Part shown: positions 38,853 to 49,713 of the stretch, piece after piece
How the letters are laid out: every line of letters begins with the position of its first letter
Position numbering within the stretch: the stretch's first letter is position 1
Assembly: GCA_002493515.1 (NCBI GenBank)
Contig: DKYZ01000084.1
Span: forward strand, 9 to 64,008
Reading direction: 5' to 3'
DNA length: 64,000 nucleotides
Source of the DNA: Porphyromonadaceae bacterium UBA7087
GTDB taxonomy: Bacteria > Bacteroidota > Bacteroidia > Bacteroidales > Muribaculaceae
Position numbers and translations under genes: made by a program
The notes under the pieces: generated by a model
Told to the model about the DNA's origin: nothing
The model's input: the letters and a program-made list of their open reading frames with translations, nothing else
Databases searched by the model: none

Positions 38853-41417
38853 TCAGAACCAGCGAACGTATGCGAAGTCCTGACGGTGGGGAAGCTCCGG
38901 ATTGTTGGGATACATACGCAGTGCGTAACGGAACATTCCGGCATTTCTTGCGGACGTCTTGAGGTCATACGTATATACCGTACCCTCGCGCTTTACCACC
39001 TTGAGTGCCTCACGCCCTATATACTCGCTGCCTCCGTCATGGTCGCGATAGAACACCATCTCGACTCCAATCGCGTCGCCAAGACCCTTGGTGTCGATCT
39101 TCGCACTTACCTCGAAAGGAGCGCCGGCATTGAGGGCCTTGCCTGCCTCGCCGTCCTCGATCTTGACATCAAGCACCTGCACCTGATCCCACTTCGAGGC
39201 CACCTCCTCTTTCCAAGCCACTATCTCGCGTGCTTTTGCGAAATTGTCGGCCTTCAGGCTGGCGGCACGCTTTGCCTCCGGCTCGTAAAGGCGGCTGATG
39301 TAGTCGTCAAGCTGACGCTTCATCGTGAAATGAGGAGCGATATGGCCGATGCTGCGCTTGATACGGTCGATCCACTCAGGGCTGTATCCCTTGTAGTTCT
39401 TGTTGAAATAGAGAGGAATGATCTCGTTCTCAAGCATTGTGTAGATGGTGGCGGCGTCAAGCTTGTCCTGCTGGCCCTGGTCAGTGTAGGTACGCTTGTC
39501 GGTAAGCGCCCAGCCACCGAGCTCGTCGAACTTGTAGCCCTCATACCACCAGCCGTCGAGCACGGAGAAGTTGAGAAGTCCGTTCATCTCCGCCTTCTCG
39601 CCGGATGTGCCCGAAGCCTCAAGCGGACGCGTAGGCGTGTTCAGCCAGATGTCGACTCCTGTCACAAGACGCTTGGCGACTATCATGTTGTAGTCCTCCA
39701 GGAATATGATCTTGCCAAGGAACTGCGGCATCTTCGAGATCTCCACGATTCTCTTGATCAGACCCTGGCCCGCGCCATCTGCAGGGTGAGCCTTGCCGGA
39801 GAAGACGAACTGCACGGGATATTTCTCGTTGTTGACTATCTTGGCAAGACGGTCAAGATCGGTAAAGAGAAGATGGGCACGCTTATATGTGGCGAAGCGG
39901 CGTGCGAAACCTATAATGAGCGCGTTGGGATTGATCTTGTCTACGATGCTTATCACAGCCGTGGGATCACCCTGGTTCTTGAGCCATTTCTCCTTGAAAT
40001 CACGCTTAACGAAGTTGATGAACTTGTTCTTGAGCGTCATCCTCATGTTCCATATCTCGTCGTCTGGAACATCGAAGATGCCTTTCCATGCATCCGGGTT
40101 GCTCTGGTCCTCGAATACCTTCGGACCCAGCTTGTCGGCATAGAACGATTTCCATTCGGATGCCGCCCATGTGGGCATATGGACGCCGTTGGTGACGTAT
40201 GTCACGTGCGACTCCTCGGGAGCGTAGCCCTTCCATACCCCGGCGAACATCTTCTTCGAGACCTCGCCGTGAAGCCAGCTCACGCCGTTGGCCTCCTGGC
40301 AAGTGTTGAGCGCGAACACGCTCATCGAGAAACGCTCGTTGGTATCGGGATTCTCGCGGCCCATGTTGATGAGGTCGGCCCAGGAGATTCCGAGCTTTGC
40401 AGGATACTCGCCGAGATACTTGCCGAGAAGCGACTCATCGAAATAGTCATGGCCAGCCGGCACCGGAGTATGCACCGTATAGAGCGAGCTTGCACGCACC
40501 ACCTCAAGCGCCACATTGAAGGGAAGATGATCCTTCTGCACGTAATCCACGAGACGCTGGAGGTTGAGCAGAGCGGCATGACCCTCGTTGGCATGATAGA
40601 TATCGGTGTGTATGCCGAGGCGGTTGAGCATATAGATTCCGCCGATGCCGAGCAGATACTCCTGCTTCATGCGGTTCTCCCAGTCGCCACCGTAGAGTTT
40701 GTGGGTGATCGGACGGTCGAACTCCGAGTTCATGTCGAAATCCGTGTCGAGTAGATAGAGCTTCATACGGCCGACGTTCACACGCCATACGTGGCAATAG
40801 ATGATACGGCCCGGATAAGGCACCTCAAGAATCATCGGCTTGCCGTCCTCGCCGAGCACCGGCTCAATGGGCAGCTGCTCGAAGTTCTGGGGCTCGTAGT
40901 TGGCTATCTGCTGCCCGTCAAGCGAAAGCGACTGGGTGAAATAGCCGTATCTGTAGAGGAAGCCGACCGCCGTCATGTTGACGCGGCTGTCGGATGCCTG
41001 CTTGATATAGTCGCCGGCAAGCACACCGAGGCCGCCGGAGTAAATCTTGAGACAGTTGCAGAGACCATACTCCATGGAGAAGTAAGCCACCGACGGAATG
41101 TCGTTGCGCATAGGCTCCTTCATATAGTCCTGGAAAGAGCGGTATACACCGTCGATGCGGTCCATGAGAGACTCGTCTGCGATTATCTCCTTGAATCTCT
41201 TGTAAGACAATTGCTGTAGAAGCATCACCGGATTCTCCCCTACCGCGCGCCAGAGGTTGTGGTCAAGATCGCGGAAGAGATTCTTTGCCTCGCTGTTCCA
41301 TACCCACCATAGGTTTTTTGAAAGCTCCTCAAGAGGCTTAAGCTCCTTGGGAAGCTCAGAGCTTACGGTGATGTTGCGCCAGGTAGGCTGATTAGTGTTG
41401 CTGACCTGTAGTTTCAT
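38853..41417 (-). CDS. glgP: Alpha-glucan (glycogen) phosphorylase, GT35
   Basis: [27 protein letters not shown] and [10 protein letters not shown] (PLP Lys). Confidence 0.95.
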   Translation of the reverse strand: MKLQVSNTNQPTWRNITVSSELPKELKPLEELSKNLWWVWNSEAKNLFRDLDHNLWRAVGENPVMLLQQLSYKRFKEIIADESLMDRIDGVYRSFQDYMKEPMRNDIPSVAYFSMEYGLCNCLKIYSGGLGVLAGDYIKQASDSRVNMTAVGFLYRYGYFTQSLSLDGQQIANYEPQNFEQLPIEPVLGEDGKPMILEVPYPGRIIYCHVWRVNVGRMKLYLLDTDFDMNSEFDRPITHKLYGGDWENRMKQEYLLGIGGIYMLNRLGIHTDIYHANEGHAALLNLQRLVDYVQKDHLPFNVALEVVRASSLYTVHTPVPAGHDYFDESLLGKYLGEYPAKLGISWADLINMGRENPDTNERFSMSVFALNTCQEANGVSWLHGEVSKKMFAGVWKGYAPEESHVTYVTNGVHMPTWAASEWKSFYADKLGPKVFEDQSNPDAWKGIFDVPDDEIWNMRMTLKNKFINFVKRDFKEKWLKNQGDPTAVISIVDKINPNALIIGFARRFATYKRAHLLFTDLDRLAKIVNNEKYPVQFVFSGKAHPADGAGQGLIKRIVEISKMPQFLGKIIFLEDYNMIVAKRLVTGVDIWLNTPTRPLEASGTSGEKAEMNGLLNFSVLDGWWYEGYKFDELGGWALTDKRTYTDQGQQDKLDAATIYTMLENEIIPLYFNKNYKGYSPEWIDRIKRSIGHIAPHFTMKRQLDDYISRLYEPEAKRAASLKADNFAKAREIVAWKEEVASKWDQVQVLDVKIEDGEAGKALNAGAPFEVSAKIDTKGLGDAIGVEMVFYRDHDGGSEYIGREALKVVKREGTVYTYDLKTSARNAGMFRYALRMYPNNPELPHRQDFAYVRWF

Positions 41418-41575
41418 CTTTTTTTCTATTGATTTTCGGCTGGCGTGGACTATTTCGGCATCTCTTGCCTCAAGCAGCCCAAAGCGGCGCCAGTCTTGTT
41501 AAAAACTCTTTATACTATTTATTGATACCAGTCTGTTTTATTTTTTCACGGGATTTAATGAAGCCGCCGGCGACC

Positions 41576-43267
41576 TCATTTCTTTTTCTCGCCGAGTCTG
41601 TAGTCACGACGCTTCATGGCCACATTGAACGCATCGTAATAATACTGTATGAAGTATTTCCAGTCGGCCTTGGCCGCTGTAGCGGCAGCAGCCTTCATCT
41701 CCTTCTCTCTTACAGAAGGTGTGGCTTCGGTGAAATCCTTTATTGTCGAGGCTATGGCGGCAGCCGCCTCCCCATAGTTGGAATCTGTACGCGGAATCAC
41801 CCTGACACCCGACGTCAGCATGGAGTCTGACACGTCTGAAAGCACCCACTGCCCGAAGCCGGATTTATCGGTGGTGACAGTAGGGATGCCGAAAGCCACG
41901 CTCTCAAGAGGCGTATAGCCCCAAGGCTCGTAGTATGAGGGGAAGACGGTGAGGTCAAGGGCAGGAAGAATATCATAATATGAGATATCCACGATGCCGT
42001 CGTGCCCGTCGAGATAACAGGGCACATACACAGCCTCAACCCTCCCTTTAAGTTTACCTTCACCTTCAAGCTGGCCTAAACGACGGCAAATGCTGTCGTT
42101 GTCCTCATTGTTGAGACGATGGGTCATGTAATCCATCTCAGGCCTGATGTCGCCGTTGTCGTTGAGGTCGATAAGAAGGTCTCCGGCCGGCTCCTTTACC
42201 CAGGCGGCCACAAGAATCAACGCAAGCACGTCATGCGACGGATTCTCATCCTCAAGCCTGACCATGGAGTCGATGAAAAGATCAAGTCCCTTGTTGCGGT
42301 ATTCGTTTCTTCCGGATGTCGCCACAAGGCACGTATCATCGCCAAACTCCCTTCCTTTCAATACCGATGCTATTCTCAGAAGTCTCTCGCGTCCCTCTTT
42401 GCGCAGCTTCTTATAATTCTTTGTGTCAGGAACGAAATCAGGCTCGAAACCGTTGGGCGTGACCACCTGCGGACGTATCTCAAGCAGCTGCTCACACTCC
42501 TTGGCCGTAAGCTCGCTCACAGCCGTGAAGCAGTCAGCCTGATGAGCCGCCGCCTTCTCCAGGGAGTGCTTCGACTCCATGTTGAGCTCTCTGGCCATCT
42601 GGTCGCCGTTGTATGACGTGAAGTAGTCATATAAAGGCTTGCCGTTTCCGCAGATGCTGCGGCCTATGCTCGTGGCATGCGTCGTGAAAAGGGTCGCGGC
42701 CCCGGGCATATGGAGCTTCAGATAAAGAAGGCCCATGGCCGTGGTCCATTCGTTGAAATGCGCGACTGTCTGCTCAGGCCGCAGGCCAAGATGAGACGTC
42801 AGCCCCATGGTCACCAGCGCCGTTGCCACTGCAAAGGCGCATCCTTCTGAATAATCGCCATAGGAATGCAGGGAATCCACCTGATACCATTTCCACATAT
42901 CGCCGTAGATTGCATCGAGCTGTGGATAGATACCGTCGAATTTCACGAGCACCACCTGCGGGGAACCTGGAATTGTCCATCTCCCCGTCCGTATCTTCAA
43001 GCCGTAGGGAAGTTCCATCTTCGTGGAGGCATTCCCAAGCAGTTCATTATCTTCTTCAAAGTAGGGACTCTTCCTGTCTTCACTCCACACGTCGGGGCCT
43101 ATGAAGACAAGACGGTCGCCATATTTTTCAGTCAGCACCCTGGCCTTGGTCGACAAGACGGTATATATTCCACCTATCTTATGACATACCTCCCAGCTCG
43201 TCTCCGTCAGGAGGCCGATACTGTCGGTGGCCATGGGTGCCGGCTTCTTTTGTGCAGTCTTTGACAC
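41576..43267 (-). CDS. Glycogen synthase, GT3 type
   Basis: ETSWEVCHKIGGIYTV, TTHAT, GRNEYRNKG and FPSYYEPWGYTPLE. Confidence 0.9.
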   Translation of the reverse strand: MSKTAQKKPAPMATDSIGLLTETSWEVCHKIGGIYTVLSTKARVLTEKYGDRLVFIGPDVWSEDRKSPYFEEDNELLGNASTKMELPYGLKIRTGRWTIPGSPQVVLVKFDGIYPQLDAIYGDMWKWYQVDSLHSYGDYSEGCAFAVATALVTMGLTSHLGLRPEQTVAHFNEWTTAMGLLYLKLHMPGAATLFTTHATSIGRSICGNGKPLYDYFTSYNGDQMARELNMESKHSLEKAAAHQADCFTAVSELTAKECEQLLEIRPQVVTPNGFEPDFVPDTKNYKKLRKEGRERLLRIASVLKGREFGDDTCLVATSGRNEYRNKGLDLFIDSMVRLEDENPSHDVLALILVAAWVKEPAGDLLIDLNDNGDIRPEMDYMTHRLNNEDNDSICRRLGQLEGEGKLKGRVEAVYVPCYLDGHDGIVDISYYDILPALDLTVFPSYYEPWGYTPLESVAFGIPTVTTDKSGFGQWVLSDVSDSMLTSGVRVIPRTDSNYGEAAAAIASTIKDFTEATPSVREKEMKAAAATAAKADWKYFIQYYYDAFNVAMKRRDYRLGEKKK

Positions 43268-43300
43268 TTTATAAAGTTATATATGTAAGCTGATGGTTTG

Positions 43301-43756
43301 TCAGAAGGGAAGATCCTCGTTCTCGTTGCCTGCGGCAGGAGCAAACGGATCAGGGACAGGCGCGGCCACAGGAGCTGCCGGAGCTGCAGGAGCAGGTGCG
43401 GCTGCAGCAGGCTGATACATGCCAGGCTGCGGCTGAGCCTGTCCGTAAGGATCAGGATATCCTCCGGGCAATCCCGGACCTCCAGCCTGCTGCAACTCAC
43501 GGGCCGCATAAGCGTTGAGATTGGTGAACCATCTGCCGTTGAACTCACGGCTCTCCACATCAACCTGCACAACATAATCCTTACCTACCTGGAATGTCAG
43601 GGTATCGGCACGGTCGCCGAATACGGTGAACATCACTTTGCGGGGATAGGTCCCCGGTGTCTCCATCACCCATTCCTTTTTCTTCCAGTTGTTGCCGGCT
43701 CTTGAGATTCCACTCTGCATTGGAAGATCCAGTACGATTTTTCCTTCTATTTCCAT
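43301..43756 (-). CDS. DUF3127 family (SSB-like OB fold) protein
   Basis: MEIEGKI, WKKKEWV and ESREFNGRWFT; Pro/Ala linker; C-terminal EDLPF. Confidence 0.87.
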   Translation of the reverse strand: MEIEGKIVLDLPMQSGISRAGNNWKKKEWVMETPGTYPRKVMFTVFGDRADTLTFQVGKDYVVQVDVESREFNGRWFTNLNAYAARELQQAGGPGLPGGYPDPYGQAQPQPGMYQPAAAAPAPAAPAAPVAAPVPDPFAPAAGNENEDLPF

Positions 43757-44031
43757 CTTTGCTGTTTTATGTCAATTAATTGTTTTCTTTTGAGTTCTCT
43801 ATCTTCAGCCGAAGGCGCATTCCTACGCCCGCTGCCTTTTCAAGCCGTGGCACAAGTCCTTGACTCACGACTCTATCAGACCGCAAAGTTACGAATTTTA
43901 TTTAAGTTACACAAATTTTATGCAGAATTATTACATATAAGACCATATCTTCTCTCAGCGATGCCCACAGTCATTATAAGATTCTGCCGTTTCAATACGT
44001 TATATGAGCACATACCATATGCCAAATCAAT

Positions 44032-44655
44032 ATGATAGAGACAATTGCCAAATATTTTCCACACCTTTCCCCCGCCCAACGCGATGCTTTCGAGGCGTTG
44101 ATGACTCAATATCCCTTATGGAACGAGAAAATCAACGTCATATCCCGAAAGGACATTGATAATCTCGAGATAAACCATATCCTGCATTCCTTAGCCATTG
44201 CAAAGTTCATCCAGTTCTCCCCCGGCTCTGAGATTCTTGACTTCGGCACTGGCGGTGGTCTTCCCGGACTGCCTCTGGCGGTGATGTTTCCGGAAGTCCG
44301 GTTTCATCTTATCGACCGCATAGGCAAGAAAATACGTGTGGCAAAGGAAATCGCAGCCTCGGCCGGAATCGGGAATGTCACTTTCCAACACGGCGACATA
44401 GGGGAATGCCACGATAAATTCGATTTTGTCGTCAGTCGCGCGGTAATGCCCCAGCCTGATCTTGTAAGGCTCTCGCGTAAAAATATTTCACGCTCCATGA
44501 GAAATGCCGTCCCTAACGGCGTTATAGCACTGAAGGGCGGTGAGCTCGGCAATGAGCTGAATGCTCTGAAGGTTGATTCGGAGGTCGTCGATATATCGAA
44601 TTATTTCTCAGAGCCGTTCTTCGACACCAAGAAAATCGTCTATACATCAATCTGA
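44032..44655 (+). CDS. rsmG: 16S rRNA m7G527 methyltransferase
   Basis: WNEKINVISR, HILHSL, DFGTGGGLPG, VSRAV and LKGG. Confidence 0.95.
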   Translation: MIETIAKYFPHLSPAQRDAFEALMTQYPLWNEKINVISRKDIDNLEINHILHSLAIAKFIQFSPGSEILDFGTGGGLPGLPLAVMFPEVRFHLIDRIGKKIRVAKEIAASAGIGNVTFQHGDIGECHDKFDFVVSRAVMPQPDLVRLSRKNISRSMRNAVPNGVIALKGGELGNELNALKVDSEVVDISNYFSEPFFDTKKIVYTSI

Positions 44656-44656
44656 T

Positions 44657-45298
44657 ATGAAAGTTGCAAGATTTGAATTCAGCCTCTTCGGCATAAATAC
44701 CTACGTGGTTTATGATCCCGTATCTAAAGAATGCGCCATTGTCGACCCCGGGATGTCGTCACAGCAGGAGCGTGATGCGATTGTCCGCTTCATAGAGCGT
44801 AATGACTTGAAAGTCACCCATCTCATAAATACCCATCTGCATGTGGACCATGCGGCGGGCGACCATTTCATAATATCCAGATATGGAGTGAAGCCGGAGG
44901 CCCACAGGGAAGACGGCATTCTTGGAGAGCGCATGCGGCAGCAGGCCATAATGTTCGGCCTCGACGACTGCTTCGACGGAGTGGAGATTTCCCACTATCT
45001 CGATGAGGGTGATGAAATCAAGATCGGAGAAGGGACACTGAAAGTGATTCATGTCCCTGGTCATTCTCCCGGCAGCATAGTCCTGTATGACCAGAAAGAC
45101 GGATTCATGATTGCCGGCGACGTGCTCTTCCAGGGCAGCATCGGACGCACAGACCTCCCTGGCGGCAGCCACAAAGACCTGGTGGAGGGAATCAAGAATA
45201 AACTGATGCCTCTTCCCGACAGCACTGTCGTCCTTCCCGGACATGGCCCTGAGACAACCATAGGAGAGGAGAAAAGGAGCAATCCTTTCCTCAGATAA
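44657..45298 (+). CDS. MBL-fold metallo-hydrolase (glyoxalase II/YcbL-like)
   Basis: THLHVDH, PGHSPG, GDVLF.GSIGRTD and PGHG. Confidence 0.92.
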   Translation: MKVARFEFSLFGINTYVVYDPVSKECAIVDPGMSSQQERDAIVRFIERNDLKVTHLINTHLHVDHAAGDHFIISRYGVKPEAHREDGILGERMRQQAIMFGLDDCFDGVEISHYLDEGDEIKIGEGTLKVIHVPGHSPGSIVLYDQKDGFMIAGDVLFQGSIGRTDLPGGSHKDLVEGIKNKLMPLPDSTVVLPGHGPETTIGEEKRSNPFLR

Positions 45299-45356
45299 AG
45301 ACCAGACAGCAGATAAGCAGATAAAGGCCAGACAGTCCGCTTTTATATGACACGCC

Positions 45357-45400
45357 AATAATGAAATCCCGCATGAGGCCTCACGCGGGATTTCATTGTT
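45357..45400. terminator. Bidirectional terminator
   Basis: AATAATGAAATCCCGCATGA / TCACGCGGGATTTCATTGTT inverted repeat between convergent genes. Confidence 0.85.
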
Positions 45401-45421
45401 GTCATGTCTGATTGCAGATGG

Positions 45422-46783
45422 TCATTTCACATTGTGGCATGCCGACATGATGACCTCGCTCACTGTGGGATGTCCGAAGATTATCTCATCCATCTCCTCA
45501 AGTTTTATATTGCGGGCCATCAGCGACGAGCACTGCTGCGCCAGGTCTGCTGCCTCCACTCCCATGATATGGGCACCGAGAAGCAGTCCGTCTTCCTTGC
45601 GGAAGATGAGTTTGCAGAGACCGTCGGGTTCACCGAGTGCGAGAGCCTTTCCGTTGGCGCGGAAGAAGCTCTGGCCGACGCGGATTTCTATCCCTTTGGC
45701 CTTGCACTGCTCTTCCGTCAGTCCGGTCATACCGCACTCAGGCACAGTGAAGACCGCAGAAGGAACGATATCCATTCTTATGCCGTCTGATTTGCCATCT
45801 ATGGCATTGAGGGCACGAAGTCCCTGGAATGACGCGACATGAGCCAGCATCATCCTGGCGTTGACATCGCCAATGGCATAGATGCCGTCTACGTTGGTCT
45901 TCATGTTGTCGTCCACAGCGATTCCACGAGGCGTGTATTCCACGCCGGCAGCCTCAAGATTGAGACCCTCCATATAAGGCGCACGTCCTACCGCCATAAG
46001 GAGATCGGTGGAGACAACACTCTCCTCCTTGCCCTTGACCTCGTAGGTCACCTTTATCTCGTAGTCATCCGTCTGCTCTATGGTCTTGGCGGCGGCTCCC
46101 GTAATGATCTTGATGCCACGTTTCGTCAGGGCCTGTTTCAGTCTCTTGGCTATGTCGGAGTCGAACGGAGGCAGAATCTGCTTCATGAACTCTATCACTG
46201 TCACCTCCGAGCCGAGGCTGGCGAAGATGCTGGCGAACTCCATTCCTATGACGCCACCTCCGATGATAGTGAGACGCGCCGGGACATACTCTATCGAGAG
46301 CATGGCTGTAGAATCCATCACACACGCCAGGTCATGTCCGGGTATCGGAAGGGATTTCGACACACTGCCCGTGGCTATGATTATGTTGTCGGCTGTATAG
46401 TCCTCGCCTCCTGCCGTCACTGTATGCGCGTCGCGGAAGCTTGCCTTAGCATTGACAACGTTGACTTTCGCACTCTTCAGCAGGCTCTCGACGCCTGTGC
46501 GGAGCTGGCTGACAACGTTATTCTTCCTCTCCTGTATCTTGTTGAAATCAACAGAGAAAGTGAACTCGTCGATTCCGAACTCCTCGCCGTTCTTGAACTC
46601 GGAGATTACAGCCGCGTTGCGGCAAAGACATTTCGTCGGGATGCACCCCTCGTTGAGACAGGTTCCTCCCAGCGCGTTGCCGTTGAACAGAGTGACGCTC
46701 TTGCCACGTTTTGAGGCAGCCAGGGCAGTCTCATAACCGCCCGGGCCTGCCCCGATTATTATAAGGTCGCTTTTCTGAGCCAT
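45422..46783 (-). CDS. lpdA: Dihydrolipoyl dehydrogenase (glycine cleavage L protein)
   Basis: GAGPGG, GGTCLNEGCIP, GGGVIG and HPTVSE. Confidence 0.95.
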   Translation of the reverse strand: MAQKSDLIIIGAGPGGYETALAASKRGKSVTLFNGNALGGTCLNEGCIPTKCLCRNAAVISEFKNGEEFGIDEFTFSVDFNKIQERKNNVVSQLRTGVESLLKSAKVNVVNAKASFRDAHTVTAGGEDYTADNIIIATGSVSKSLPIPGHDLACVMDSTAMLSIEYVPARLTIIGGGVIGMEFASIFASLGSEVTVIEFMKQILPPFDSDIAKRLKQALTKRGIKIITGAAAKTIEQTDDYEIKVTYEVKGKEESVVSTDLLMAVGRAPYMEGLNLEAAGVEYTPRGIAVDDNMKTNVDGIYAIGDVNARMMLAHVASFQGLRALNAIDGKSDGIRMDIVPSAVFTVPECGMTGLTEEQCKAKGIEIRVGQSFFRANGKALALGEPDGLCKLIFRKEDGLLLGAHIMGVEAADLAQQCSSLMARNIKLEEMDEIIFGHPTVSEVIMSACHNVK

Positions 46784-46785
46784 TG

Positions 46786-48258
46786 TTATCCTTCTACACT
46801 CTCCTTAAGCGCACGATATGTAAGGATAGGATTCTTGGCCGCACCCGTCTCGTCAAGCTTGCGGACGATAGTCGTCAGCGGAGCGTTCTTGACTTCCTCG
46901 GGTATCTCCCTTGCCTCCTTGGCGATCTTGTGGAGCACCTCGATAAACTCATCGAGTGTCTCCTTGCTCTCGGTCTCAGTCGGCTCGATCATCATCGACT
47001 CGTGGAAGAGCAGCGGGAAATAGATTGTGGGTGCATGGAAACCGTAATCCAGCAGACGCTTGGCGACGTTGAGGGTCGTAACGCCAGTCGACTTGTCTTT
47101 CAGTCCGTCGAATACAAACTCATGCTTGCATACTCCGTCGATAGGAAGCAGATAGTCGTCTTTGAGCGACTCCTTGATGTAGTTGGCGTTGAGTGTGGCC
47201 ATCGGGCCGACGTTGCGGATATTCTCCTTACCCAGGGAGAGGATATATGCATAAGCCCTCATCATCACGCCGAAGTTGCCCAGGAATGTCGATATGCTGC
47301 CGAGGCTGTCCTTGCCGAAGTCAACATAGAACTCCCCTTTCTCGTTTTTCCTGACGTGGGGATTGGGAAGGAAACCGCGCAGATGCTCAGCCACACCTAC
47401 GGGACCCGAGCCCGGGCCACCACCACCGTGAGGTGTCGAGAAAGTCTTGTGCAGGTTTATATGCATGATGTCGAATCCCATGTCGCCGGGACGCACCTTG
47501 CCAAGAAGCGGGTTGAGGTTTGCTCCGTCGTAATAGAGAAGGCCTCCGGCCTCATGAACGAGCTTCGCGATCTCGAGAATCTCCGTCTCAAACATGCCGA
47601 CAGTGTTGGGGTTGGTCATCATGATGCCCGCGACGGTGTCGTCGAGAAGGGGCTTGAGATCCTCCACGTCGATTGATCCGTTGGGCTTCGATTTCACCTC
47701 GACAACCTCCAGACCGGCTACCATCGCAGATGCCGGGTTGGTGCCGTGAGCCGTATTGGGCACAATCACCTTGGTCCTCTTGTTGTCACCCCGGCTCATA
47801 TGATACGAACGCATCACCATCAGGCCCGTAAGCTCGCCATGCGCGCCGGCGTAGGGATTGAGCGTGAACTCAGCGAGGCCGGATATATTGGCAAGGGCCT
47901 GCTGAAGATTATAATAAAGCTCAAGAGCGCCCTGCACTGTCGATGCATCCTGAAGGGGATGAAGAGCGGCAAACTGAGGCATGGCCGACACCTCTTCGTT
48001 GATCTTAGGATTATACTTCATGGTGCAGCTGCCAAGGGGATAATAGCCCGTGTCCACACCGAAGTTCTTGTTCGACAGGTTTGTATAATGGCGCACTACA
48101 TCAAGCTCGGTGACCTCCGGCAGCTCCGGAGCCTTCTCCCTGAGCAGAGTGGCGGGGATTTCCTTCATTCCGTCGGTGGCGAAATTGTCTTTCGGCAGGT
48201 CGTAGCCCTTGCGCCCCGGCTTTGAAAGTTCGAATATCAGTTTATCGTATGTCTTCAT
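46786..48258 (-). CDS. gcvPB: Glycine dehydrogenase subunit 2
   Basis: PLGSCTMKYNP, HGTNPAS and HINLHKTFSTPHGGGGPG. Confidence 0.95.
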   Translation of the reverse strand: MKTYDKLIFELSKPGRKGYDLPKDNFATDGMKEIPATLLREKAPELPEVTELDVVRHYTNLSNKNFGVDTGYYPLGSCTMKYNPKINEEVSAMPQFAALHPLQDASTVQGALELYYNLQQALANISGLAEFTLNPYAGAHGELTGLMVMRSYHMSRGDNKRTKVIVPNTAHGTNPASAMVAGLEVVEVKSKPNGSIDVEDLKPLLDDTVAGIMMTNPNTVGMFETEILEIAKLVHEAGGLLYYDGANLNPLLGKVRPGDMGFDIMHINLHKTFSTPHGGGGPGSGPVGVAEHLRGFLPNPHVRKNEKGEFYVDFGKDSLGSISTFLGNFGVMMRAYAYILSLGKENIRNVGPMATLNANYIKESLKDDYLLPIDGVCKHEFVFDGLKDKSTGVTTLNVAKRLLDYGFHAPTIYFPLLFHESMMIEPTETESKETLDEFIEVLHKIAKEAREIPEEVKNAPLTTIVRKLDETGAAKNPILTYRALKESVEG

Positions 48259-48259
48259 C

Positions 48260-49582
48260 TTAGTCTTCCAGCATTAATGTTACCAGTTTGTCGATCTCCT
48301 CCTTGGTGCGTTTCTCCGTCACGGCGAATTCCACCAGGCCGTCGCCGAGAAGAAGGCCGCCCATGATGCCGTTGTCGAGAAGTCTGCGGTTCACCTTCTC
48401 CATATCGAGGCTTGTCTTGACAGTGAACTCCTTCAGGAACGGCTTGTCGAACGCGGGCTCGAACTTGCCGCTCTCAATCAGCTTGCCATACAGGTAATGG
48501 GCTCCGTCGCACGACATCTCGTTGACCTTGCGCAGACCCTCCGGCCCCATCAGCGAGAGATATATTGTGGCATAGAGCGCCATAAGCGACTGGTTGGAGC
48601 AAATGTTGCTCGTGGCCTTCTCGCGGCGGATATGCTGCTCACGTGCCTGGAGTGTCAGCACGAAGCCGCGCTTGCCGTCGGCGTCTTTTGTGGCGCCAAC
48701 CACACGGCCCGGCATCTTACGCAGCATGCTCTTGCTGCATGAGATATAGCCCAGATACGGGCCTCCGAACTCCAGTGGCATTCCCAGGCTCTGACCGTCG
48801 CCGCAGGCTATGTCGGCGCCCCACTCCGCGGGAGTGCGGAGCACAGCGAGGGTCGACGGATCGGCGTTGATAGCCATGAATGCCTTGGCACCGTGGATCA
48901 CATCTGCAAAACCGGTGTAATCCTCTATGATACCATATTTATTAGGTGTCGGAAGTATTACGCCGGCTACATCGCCTGCCTCAAGTTCCTTCCTGATGCC
49001 ATCAAGATCGCTGACGCCGTCTTTCTCTGCCACCACTGTCAGGGAGACGCCGTGGAATTTGGCATACGTCTTCACTACGTTGATGACACGCTCCGGCAAT
49101 GTGGCCGAGAGAAGGACGCGGTTGCGCTTCCTGGCAGATGCCACCATCATGAACATAACCTCGGCTGTGGCTGTTGCGCCGTCATACATGGAGGCGTTGG
49201 TGGCCTCCATGCCCGTCAGCTCGCTGATCATGCTCTGATACTCGAAGATATACTGGAGTGTACCCTGGGAAATCTCAGGCTGATAAGGGGTATAGGCCGT
49301 ATAGAACTCGCTTCTCTGAAGCAGGTGTGCCACTGTGGAAGGCGAATAATGGTCATAAGCTCCACCTCCGGCAAATACTGTAAGGCGCTTGTTCTTTGCG
49401 CCAAGCTCCTCGAAGTGTTTGCGCAGCTCTACCTCCGACATGGCTGAGGGAAGCGCGTACTCCTCCTTGAATATAACCTCCTGCGGCACGTCGCCGTAGA
49501 GGTCGTCGATAGAAGACACCCCGATCACGTCAAGCATCTTGCGGATATCCTCGTCTGTATGCGGAATAAATCTATTGCTCAT
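48260..49582 (-). CDS. gcvPA: Glycine dehydrogenase subunit 1
   Basis: YTAYTPYQPEISQG, NASMYDG and REQHIRREKATSNICSNQ. Confidence 0.95.
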   Translation of the reverse strand: MSNRFIPHTDEDIRKMLDVIGVSSIDDLYGDVPQEVIFKEEYALPSAMSEVELRKHFEELGAKNKRLTVFAGGGAYDHYSPSTVAHLLQRSEFYTAYTPYQPEISQGTLQYIFEYQSMISELTGMEATNASMYDGATATAEVMFMMVASARKRNRVLLSATLPERVINVVKTYAKFHGVSLTVVAEKDGVSDLDGIRKELEAGDVAGVILPTPNKYGIIEDYTGFADVIHGAKAFMAINADPSTLAVLRTPAEWGADIACGDGQSLGMPLEFGGPYLGYISCSKSMLRKMPGRVVGATKDADGKRGFVLTLQAREQHIRREKATSNICSNQSLMALYATIYLSLMGPEGLRKVNEMSCDGAHYLYGKLIESGKFEPAFDKPFLKEFTVKTSLDMEKVNRRLLDNGIMGGLLLGDGLVEFAVTEKRTKEEIDKLVTLMLED

Positions 49583-49600
49583 TTTTTATTTCTGGTTTTG

Positions 49601-49643
49601 AAAAAACGTCCCGACACGCATCTCTGAGATACGCCCCGGGACG
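49601..49643 (-). terminator. Intra-operon terminator-like hairpin between gcvH and gcvPA
   Basis: Minus strand CGTCCCG-GGGCGTATCTCAGAGATGCGTGT-CGGGACG-TTTTTT. Confidence 0.7.
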
Positions 49644-49713
49644 CCATTGTTATGTTGTCTCTTCCCCGGACTCATTGAATCTTCCTGCCGGAAGTCCGCC
49701 GGGAAACGGATGC

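Noticed and set aside
38484-40754. 756-aa plus-strand ORF
   Set aside because: Antisense shadow of glgP caused by strong codon bias; no recognisable motifs
43800-43830. GCCGAAGGCGCA as a glycine riboswitch core
   Set aside because: The remaining aptamer elements are absent and it is antisense to the adjacent DUF3127 leader
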